Source: Candidatus Latescibacterota bacterium
GTDB lineage: Bacteria > Latescibacterota > UBA2968 > UBA8231
Reading direction: 5' to 3'
NCBI GenBank assembly: GCA_965242865.1
Contig: CBDETK010000013.1
Coordinates: forward strand, 5,088,001-5,152,000
DNA: 64,000 bases
Shown here: positions 8,114 to 15,480 of the stretch, one piece after another
Position numbering within the stretch: position 1 is the stretch's first letter
Layout of the letters: each line of letters starts with the position of its first letter
Notes under the pieces: generated by a model
What the model was told of the DNA's origin: nothing
Database searches by the model: none
What the model saw: the letters and a program-made list of their open reading frames with translations, nothing else
Program-made: the position numbers and the translations under genes

Positions 8114-9493
8114 ATGGACCCCATAGCAGAGTTAGCCGAATTCGACCGCGAGACCGTCGCCCGCGCCAAAGCGGTCGAACAGCGCATCCAAGCTGAGGGC
8201 TTGGCGGCCGGGCATACCATCCGCGACGTGCGCGTCTTCCGGGTGCTGATGCCTTGGGTTGGGACCAAGCGTTGGGATGGTTCGGCCGAGCGTTTTACTT
8301 TTGCCGAGTTCGAGACCGACAAAGGCTTCGTCGGCATTGCCGAGGGCGTCAATGCGGACGCCGAAGCATTAAAGGGCAAAGTCCTCGGCAAAAATCCTTT
8401 TGACCCCCAAATCCGCGCCGATATGGGGCTGGCCTACTGGGACCTAATCGGCAAAATCGCCAACCGACCGCTGGGCCAGTACTTGCACGAACTCTTCGCG
8501 CTGGCGACCCCCTTGGCCGAGCGCGTCCCCATGTCGGCCTATACTTGGTATCGCTTCCCGGACCTCAACGGCGAAAACGCCGTCACCTTTGAGAGTTATC
8601 CTGCCCACGTGCAGGAGATTATCCGCGCCCACGGCTTCCACAACATCAAGCTCTCGATGTGCGATTTTGAGCCGCGTCGCTACGTGGAATTGGTCCGCAA
8701 CATCCGCGCGGCCGTGGGACCGGATGTGGACATCCGCGTCGATCCCCACGCCTCTTGGGGCGAGGCGCAGGCGTTGCGCTTTATGCGCGAGGTTGAGGAC
8801 TGTCATCTGGAGTGGATTGAGGAGCCGGTGGGCGGGCGCTTCGCTCACATTTTTCGCGCCGGCCATCGCCTGCGGCTGTTGAGCACCATCCCGATCTCGT
8901 CGCACGCTTGGCTGCCGCCGCTGGTATCGCAGCCCAGCGCCAAGGGCCGCTACGGCGATGGGGCTCTCGACGCGGCCCTCGATCTAGACGCGCTGCGCCG
9001 CTGGCAGCCGGCCGACATTTCCGCGCCCGACGCCTACGCCGGGCCGCTGGCACTCAAGCGTTACTACGACGCGGCGCGCTTTATGGGCATGGGGATCGGC
9101 ATGCACAGTGCTTATGAGCTGGGGCCAGCCACGGCGATCCGCCTGCACATCGCGGCCTTCGCCTTTCCCTACGAGCTGCCCTATCACATCGTCTGGGGGC
9201 GAGACCGCGCCTTTCCGCCCTTCTCGGCACACGCGCTCGACGCGCATTACAACCAATGGGCTGACGACGTGATCTGCGGCGGCAAGCTGACCTACGATCA
9301 GGGGTTCCTCGCCGTGCCCAAGCAACCGGGGTTGGGCGTTGAACTCGATCCCGACCGCCTGCGCCACTACGCCTTTAGCGAAGAAAAGGCCGCAGCCCAT
9401 ACCCGCCACATCGAACAAATTCGCGCCACTCATCTCGACGCGCTCGGCTGGCGGGTGGAGCGCAACGGCTGGCGACGCTATCGGACGCGCTAG
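8114..9493 (+). CDS. Mandelate racemase/muconate lactonizing enzyme (enolase superfamily), glucarate-dehydratase-like
   Basis: ETDKGFVG.AE, AYWDLIGK, RVDPH, EWIEEP, GMHS, PGLGVELD. Confidence 0.85.
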   Translation: MDPIAELAEFDRETVARAKAVEQRIQAEGLAAGHTIRDVRVFRVLMPWVGTKRWDGSAERFTFAEFETDKGFVGIAEGVNADAEALKGKVLGKNPFDPQIRADMGLAYWDLIGKIANRPLGQYLHELFALATPLAERVPMSAYTWYRFPDLNGENAVTFESYPAHVQEIIRAHGFHNIKLSMCDFEPRRYVELVRNIRAAVGPDVDIRVDPHASWGEAQALRFMREVEDCHLEWIEEPVGGRFAHIFRAGHRLRLLSTIPISSHAWLPPLVSQPSAKGRYGDGALDAALDLDALRRWQPADISAPDAYAGPLALKRYYDAARFMGMGIGMHSAYELGPATAIRLHIAAFAFPYELPYHIVWGRDRAFPPFSAHALDAHYNQWADDVICGGKLTYDQGFLAVPKQPGLGVELDPDRLRHYAFSEEKAAAHTRHIEQIRATHLDALGWRVERNGWRRYRTR

Positions 9494-9555
9494 GCTACTA
9501 CCAAACCAAAAAGGTGCCGGAAATTTTGGCTTAGCGACCAATAATCTGCTGCGAT

Positions 9556-10494
9556 CTACCGCCCTTCCTCATCCATGAACTTCTTTATGTCCCTGCCGTA
9601 GCGCACGAGATTCTCCAGCTTTGCACCTACTATATGGCTCTCACAGCCGATCTTTGGGCCAGCATGATTCGGAGAATAGAAACGCCCATACGGAAAGTAC
9701 GACCGCAGCCAATAGACCCTCCTGTTGTCTTTCTTTAGAGGCACGATGCGTGCGATTAGAGGCCGGACGCTGGAATCAGCATCAGCGATACCCTCTACTT
9801 CTCTTTTTGGGGTTCTCTCGGCACCCCTTTCAAAAACATACGTTCTCGCCTTATCGTACGCTCTATCGCCTTGGGTAACGACCACGTCGGGCTCAAGAAT
9901 TCTCACTTCCTCGCTGAGATAGCCTCCACAATTCTTGTACAGTTGGGCCGGCTCTTGCTTTTTTCCATCGGAGTTGGAGAAACACTTCGCCGTTCGCACA
10001 TGAAAGAAGAGTTCCATTATTATTCTTAAACTCTCCTCATCCTCTGCTGGCTTTAGTTCGATAAAGGGATCGAGGAGACTCCGGACGGTCGTTGTCGTCC
10101 CTCGCCAGTGCGATTTCCGAGGAAGATAGAAAGGCTTGCCCTCCTCTGGCTCTGGCTTTTTTTTCATTGGCTCCGAAGCGGACAGGGAGACAACCACGAT
10201 ACGCGGGATACGGTGGCCTTTGTACTTCTTTTCTGAGTAGTATTGGCTGACTGTAGAGCCCTCAGATTCCTCCGTCCGAGGGGAAAAGAGAAATTTCGTG
10301 TCTCCGTCTCCACCCGAACGTTTACGTTCATAATCGAGCTTACAGGCATTCCGACAGTCATCCTTATTAGGACAACCGAAAGAGTCAAACATCTTTTCGT
10401 AATCGTAGTAGCCCTTGCTGTCTGTCACTCCTTTCACAGACTTGATACTAGCTCCCTCGTAATAGTTTTTGAGTTTGTTCTCCATCTCATTCAT
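9556..10494 (-). CDS. Divergent uracil-DNA glycosylase superfamily-like protein (copy 1)
   Basis: TAKC..N, NCGGYLSEEVRILEPDVVVTQG resembles the UDG core. Lower GC than neighbours; SD AAGGAG. Confidence 0.6.
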   Translation of the reverse strand: MNEMENKLKNYYEGASIKSVKGVTDSKGYYDYEKMFDSFGCPNKDDCRNACKLDYERKRSGGDGDTKFLFSPRTEESEGSTVSQYYSEKKYKGHRIPRIVVVSLSASEPMKKKPEPEEGKPFYLPRKSHWRGTTTTVRSLLDPFIELKPAEDEESLRIIMELFFHVRTAKCFSNSDGKKQEPAQLYKNCGGYLSEEVRILEPDVVVTQGDRAYDKARTYVFERGAERTPKREVEGIADADSSVRPLIARIVPLKKDNRRVYWLRSYFPYGRFYSPNHAGPKIGCESHIVGAKLENLVRYGRDIKKFMDEEGR

Positions 10495-10570
10495 GATTGT
10501 CTCCTTTTGACGTTTAATGGTTTAGAGATTGTACTGCTCGAAATCCCCCAAGGCATCACAAGTATTGTCT

Positions 10571-10598
10571 CGTCATTCCCGCAAAAGCGGGAATCCAG
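10571..10598. repeat. REP-like palindrome (cgtcattcccgc-aaaa-gcgggaatccag)
   Basis: Hairpin ATTCCCGC/GCGGGAAT; related elements at ~29002 and ~37195. Confidence 0.7.
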
Positions 10599-10809
10599 TC
10601 AACGTTTGTAAAACGAACTTGGATGACTGCTGTTAGCCGCCGGATCCTTCGTATAGGCTGTGAACACAGTCCCACCGTTTTAAGAAGCTAGTACTAGGTG
10701 GATCATGGCAATCTGAATCAAGGCTTCGCTCTGGCGCGTCAGGACCTCATACTCTCGGGCATGGCGTCTAAAATTCATCAACCATGCTCAGGTGCGCTCA
10801 ACGACCCAA

Positions 10810-11000
10810 CGCCGTTTGAGTACAGTACCGGTTCGATCGGCTGCCATTGCTCATCGGTTACATCGGTGGCATATTGACCAATCGGCGTACTCATTATATG
10901 AGCCTTTCTGTTCAGATTTTTTAGCGAAACCTGAAGATGGCTTAATGAGTACGCCAACTCAAATACGCGATACATCACAGAGTTTTCAGACAGCTTCTGA
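10810..11000 (-). mobile_element. IS5-family transposase remnant (5' end)
   Basis: QYATDVTDEQWQPIEPVL matches the IS5 N-terminal YxxDLTDxQW motif; terminus-like TCAGAAGCTGTCTGAAAA. Confidence 0.65.
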
Positions 11001-11201
11001 GAAGAAAGAAACCCTAACAGAGACCAAATTTCCCCCCCACGCCTCGATTGACCAGCTGGCCGAACTCAAAGCACACTGGGAACGCCAAGACCGCCAAAAA
11101 AGCCCCAATTCGCACAATTCGCCCCCAACTAAACCCACGCCAGAGACAAAAATCGTTTATGCGCCTTGACCCGTAAGCGATTTTAACGCCCCTAAGACCG
11201 C

Positions 11202-11750
11202 TTACTCCGCGCCCACCGACTCCAAATACTCGACAACCTCCGTACGACCTTTCCGCGCCGCCCGGGCTTTAGCCGTCCAGCCGCTATTGTCCCTCGCGTT
11301 CACGTCCGCCCCCTGACCGACCAAATAACGAACCACCTCAAAACGACCACCACGCGCCGCATTGTGCAGAGCCGTCCTGCCGTATCTGTTCGTAGCGTCC
11401 AAGTCCGCCCCCTGCTCGACCAAATACCGAACCACCTCCAAATGACCGCGCTCCGCCGCCGCAAAAAGAACCGTCCTGCCGTATCTGTTCGTAGCGTCCA
11501 AGTCCGCCCCCTGCTCGACCAAATACCGAACCACCTCCAAATGACCGCGCTCCGCCGCCGCAAAAAGAACCGTACTGCCGGAGCTGCCCCCCGTAGCGTC
11601 CAAGTCCGCCCCCTGCTCGACCAAATACCGAACCACCTCCAAATGACCGCGCTCCGCCGCCGCAAAAAAGCCGACACCCGATCCAATCGAGTGACGACTT
11701 CTTGCGATTTGAGCGAACAAGCCTACCCGCCACGATCCTACCAACCGCAA
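11202..11750 (-). CDS. Ankyrin repeat module, probably an orphan or 5'-truncated
   Basis: Four-plus ankyrin repeats (AAERGHLEVVRYLVEQGADLDA), three identical at DNA level. No signal peptide and no convincing start. Confidence 0.75.
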   Translation of the reverse strand: MRLVGSWRVGLFAQIARSRHSIGSGVGFFAAAERGHLEVVRYLVEQGADLDATGGSSGSTVLFAAAERGHLEVVRYLVEQGADLDATNRYGRTVLFAAAERGHLEVVRYLVEQGADLDATNRYGRTALHNAARGGRFEVVRYLVGQGADVNARDNSGWTAKARAARKGRTEVVEYLESVGAE

Positions 11751-13027
11751 GCACCTAGCACCAGATCGACCGCCTTCGCAGAACCACGCAGATCAAACAC
11801 AAAATCGCCCGCGCCCCGTTTGCCTTCCGAATCTTTTATGCGAACAAAGAGCTGGGAACGAACCAGAAGATTCTGCGCCCATCGGATTTGTTGCACCCGC
11901 ACCTCCGCCAGCTTCCGCGAGTATTTTGACATCGGGTAAAGCGTCTCTCGATCCTTAGAGACCACCCACTTTTTTGAAACCGCTTTGAGTTTATCAAACC
12001 GCCAAATAACATCGCTGGAAGCATCAGACTCATACGCTACCTTCACCCCTTGAGGCAAAATTTGCACCTCAAAGACTTCCCCGCCATCGCAGGTTATTCC
12101 AAGGAGTGCGCCTGAACGGCCACGGACAAAATCCTCTGAAGGCAGCACAGCAAACACGTTCTGCTTGTCATTGACCGGATCTAACTCTTGATCAACCTCC
12201 CACTTGCCAACCCCAGACGAAGGAATTGAAATAAGTTTCTCGCGCTCACCCACCGACGCCAAATACGCCGCCACATCCGTTTCACCCATCCCCGCAGCCC
12301 GGCCCCGAGGCGTCCGGCCGTTGTTGTCCCTAGCCGTGACATCTGCTCCCTGACCCACCAAATACCGCACAACCTCCAAATAACCGCGCTCCGCCGCCCT
12401 GTGCAGAGCCGTGTTGTCGTATCTGTTCTCAGCGTTCACGTCCAACCCCTGCTCCTCCACCAAGTACCGAACCACCTCCAAATGACCGCGCCCCGCCGCA
12501 GAGTGCAGAGCCGTCCAGTCGTCCCGCGTCATAGCGACGTCCAAACCGAGACCCACCAAATACTCCACTACCGCCACTGAGCCGCCCAAGGCCGCCGGGT
12601 GAAGAACCGTCCCGCCCAAGTTGTCCGTAGCGTTGACGTCCAACCCCTGCTCCTCAACCAGATACTCCACTACTTCCAATTTCCCAGACCTAGCGGCCGC
12701 GTGCAAAGCCGTAAAGCCATTGAAGTCCTTAGCGTTCACGTCCGCCCCTTGACCCACCAAATACTTGACCAGATCCAAATTTCCAGACCCAGCAGCCCCA
12801 TACAGAGGCGTCGCGCTTCCACTGCCCTTACTCTCAACTGACATGCCCGACTGTACGAATAGCTTGACGACCGCTAAGTTGCCCGCCGCTGCCGAATCAA
12901 CAAACGCCCATTCAGTGTAGTCAATACCTCGACGATCTAGCTCCGCACGAGCCGCCGCGGTACTCGCTGACGAAGCCGCCGGCAAAGAAAACAATGCCAA
13001 ACCCAACAAGAGCACCAAAAAACGCAT
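11738..13027 (-). CDS. Secreted ankyrin repeat protein with an extra C-terminal domain (VasI/TagO-like)
   Basis: Signal peptide MRFLVLLLGLALFSLPA, ~7 ankyrin repeats, C-terminal WEVDQELDPVND...LGITCDGG domain. Confidence 0.88.
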   Translation of the reverse strand: MRFLVLLLGLALFSLPAASSASTAAARAELDRRGIDYTEWAFVDSAAAGNLAVVKLFVQSGMSVESKGSGSATPLYGAAGSGNLDLVKYLVGQGADVNAKDFNGFTALHAAARSGKLEVVEYLVEEQGLDVNATDNLGGTVLHPAALGGSVAVVEYLVGLGLDVAMTRDDWTALHSAAGRGHLEVVRYLVEEQGLDVNAENRYDNTALHRAAERGYLEVVRYLVGQGADVTARDNNGRTPRGRAAGMGETDVAAYLASVGEREKLISIPSSGVGKWEVDQELDPVNDKQNVFAVLPSEDFVRGRSGALLGITCDGGEVFEVQILPQGVKVAYESDASSDVIWRFDKLKAVSKKWVVSKDRETLYPMSKYSRKLAEVRVQQIRWAQNLLVRSQLFVRIKDSEGKRGAGDFVFDLRGSAKAVDLVLGACGW

Positions 13028-13075
13028 ACCAAATCTCCTCCTCGAATAAGTGAATGTAGGCTTACTCCTCTTGAC

Positions 13076-14281
13076 TTACCCGCCCACAGACTCCAAATAC
13101 GCCGCTACCGCCGTATAACCACGCGCCGCCGCCACGCCCCGAGCCGTCTCGTCGCCGTAGTTCTTCGCGTTCACATCCGCACCCTGACCGACCAAATACC
13201 GAACCACCGCCAAATGACCGCCGCCCGCCGCCCAATGCAACGCTGTCCAGCCGTATTCGCCCGTAGCGTTGACGTCCGCCCCATTCTCGACCAAATACTC
13301 CACTACCGCCAAATGATCTTCCGCCGCCGCAGAGTGCAGAGCCGTTAAGCCGTCGTTCCTCGAAGCGTTCACGTCCATCCCCAGCTCCTCCACCAAATAC
13401 CGAACCACCTCCAGACTACCCGCCCAGAACAGAGCCGTCTCGCCGAAGTTGTCCGTAGCGTTGACGTCCGCCCCCTGCTCAAGCAGATACTGAACCACCC
13501 CCAAATGACCATACTCCGCCGCCCTGTGCAGAGCCGTACCGTGGTCGGTCTTAGCGTTGACGTCCGACCCCAGCCCCACCAAAAAACGAACCACCGCCAA
13601 ATGACCATTACCCGCCGCAGAGTGCAGAGCCGTAGAGCCGTCGTTGTCCGTAGCGTTGACGTCCGCCCCCTGACCGACCAAATACTGAACCACCGACAAA
13701 TGACCATAGTTCGCCGCAAGACTCAGAGCCGTATAGCCGTTGTCGGACGTAGCGTTGACGTCCGACCCCAGCCCCACCAAAAAACGAACCACCGCCAAAT
13801 GACCATTGAGCGCCGCATCAAGAAAAGCCGTGAAGCCGCCGCGGGTCGTAGCTTTAACCGACATACCCCCCTGTACGAACAACCGCACAACCGCCAAGTT
13901 GCCATCCCACGCCGCATCAAGAAAAGCCGCCGCCGTGTACTCGATACCCAGACTATCCAACGCCGCACGAGCCGCCGCCGGCGACCGGAAAACCACGGGC
14001 ACCGGCTCCTCCTCCTCCTCCTCCTCCGCTTCCGGGCTATCTACTGGATCCGCAACGACCTCCTCGGTCACCGTGCTATCCGCCCCCGCTGCGGCCGTGC
14101 TATCCGCGGGTGTCTCTGCCGCGGTACTATCCACGCCCACAATCGCGCTCCCACCCTCCTTGAACAAGTCAAATAGACCACCGCTCGACACCTTGCCCGA
14201 AGGCTCCGAAGGCGACACCGGCATAGACCGATCCCCGCAGCCCAACCACAACCCAACCAAGACCAACAGCAAAAAGCGCAT
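13076..14281 (-). CDS. Ankyrin repeat lipoprotein
   Basis: Lipobox LWLGC, acidic ADST/poly-E linker, ~9 ankyrin repeats. SD GAGGAGG precedes ATG 14281. Confidence 0.9.
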   Translation of the reverse strand: MRFLLLVLVGLWLGCGDRSMPVSPSEPSGKVSSGGLFDLFKEGGSAIVGVDSTAAETPADSTAAAGADSTVTEEVVADPVDSPEAEEEEEEEPVPVVFRSPAAARAALDSLGIEYTAAAFLDAAWDGNLAVVRLFVQGGMSVKATTRGGFTAFLDAALNGHLAVVRFLVGLGSDVNATSDNGYTALSLAANYGHLSVVQYLVGQGADVNATDNDGSTALHSAAGNGHLAVVRFLVGLGSDVNAKTDHGTALHRAAEYGHLGVVQYLLEQGADVNATDNFGETALFWAGSLEVVRYLVEELGMDVNASRNDGLTALHSAAAEDHLAVVEYLVENGADVNATGEYGWTALHWAAGGGHLAVVRYLVGQGADVNAKNYGDETARGVAAARGYTAVAAYLESVGG

Positions 14282-14449
14282 CCTATCCTCCTCAGTGAAT
14301 GATTTATAAGCCAAAACTAAGATTATCCGCACCGCCCCAGAGCCACACAAAAAAACGACGGGCCTCCCCCCGCCGAAACAGAGAAAGACCCGGTTCGCAA
14401 TAAAAAGGTGCTGACGATTTTGGCTTAGTGCCCAATAATCTGCTGCGAT

Positions 14450-15349
14450 CTACCGCCCTTCCTCATCCATGAACTTCTTTATGTCCCTGCCGTAGCGCAC
14501 GAGATTCTCCCGCTTTGCGCCCGCTATACCCCTCTCAGAATCAACAGGTTTCCCTGCATGCTCAGAGTAGAACTTTGTCCTCGGATTCGGAAAATCCGGC
14601 CGCAGCCAATAGACTTTCCAGTCATCTTCCTTTAGGCGCACGATACGTGCGATGGAATTATCGATACCCTCTACTTTTTCAACTATAGTACTCTCGGCAT
14701 TTTCATCAAAAACATGCCTTTTTGCTTGCCAGTGTGCATGATTGCCTTGGGTAACGACCACGTCAGGCTTGAGAATACTCACTTCCTTGCTGAGATACTC
14801 TCCACAATTCTCGTACAATAGGTTGGGCTCTTGCCCTGGTCCACCGACATTGGAGAAACACTTCGCCGTTCGCACATGAACAAACAATTCCCCTATTATT
14901 TTTGTACTCTCGTTACTCCAATCTCCTGCTGGAGCTAGATCAACAAAGGGGTCAAGCAGGCTCCTAATGGTCGTCGTCGTTCCTCGCCAGTGTGGGTTCA
15001 GCGAGAAAGACTTGCCCTCCGCTTGCTCTGGCTTTTTTTCCATTGGCTCCGAAGCGGACAGGGAGACAACCACGATACGCGGGATACGGTGGCCTTTGTA
15101 CTTCTTTTCTGAGTAGTATCGGCTGACTGTAGCTTCCTCCGTCCGAGGGGAAAAGAGAAATTTCGAGTCGTCGCTTAAAGGTTTATAAGCGTTCCTACAG
15201 GCATCCCGACAGTCATCCTTCTTACGACAACCGAAAGAGTCAAACATCTTTTCGTAATCGTAATAGCCCTTGCTGTCTTCCACTTCTTTCACAGAAGTAA
15301 TACCAACTTCCTCGTAATACTTTTTGAGTTTGCTCTCCATCTCATTCAT
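14450..15349 (-). CDS. Divergent uracil-DNA glycosylase superfamily-like protein (copy 2)
   Basis: Paralogue of 9556..10494; NCGEYLSKEVSILKPDVVVTQG. Confidence 0.6.
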   Translation of the reverse strand: MNEMESKLKKYYEEVGITSVKEVEDSKGYYDYEKMFDSFGCRKKDDCRDACRNAYKPLSDDSKFLFSPRTEEATVSRYYSEKKYKGHRIPRIVVVSLSASEPMEKKPEQAEGKSFSLNPHWRGTTTTIRSLLDPFVDLAPAGDWSNESTKIIGELFVHVRTAKCFSNVGGPGQEPNLLYENCGEYLSKEVSILKPDVVVTQGNHAHWQAKRHVFDENAESTIVEKVEGIDNSIARIVRLKEDDWKVYWLRPDFPNPRTKFYSEHAGKPVDSERGIAGAKRENLVRYGRDIKKFMDEEGR

Positions 15350-15480
15350 GATTGTCTCCTTTTGGGAATGTTAAGGGCTTGTCGCGATCGAAATCCCCTA
15401 AGTCATCGCAAAGCCTCCAGCAGTAAACGCCGACAAACTAACAAACTTTTGAAAAAAATCAAGAAAATCTTAAAAAAACT

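Noticed and set aside
10792-11169. 125-aa plus-strand ORF
   Set aside because: It spans an IS5 remnant boundary and has no recognisable domain.
9508-15411. Integron cassette array
   Set aside because: No attC-like RYYYAAC...GTTRRRY structures and no integrase were recognised.
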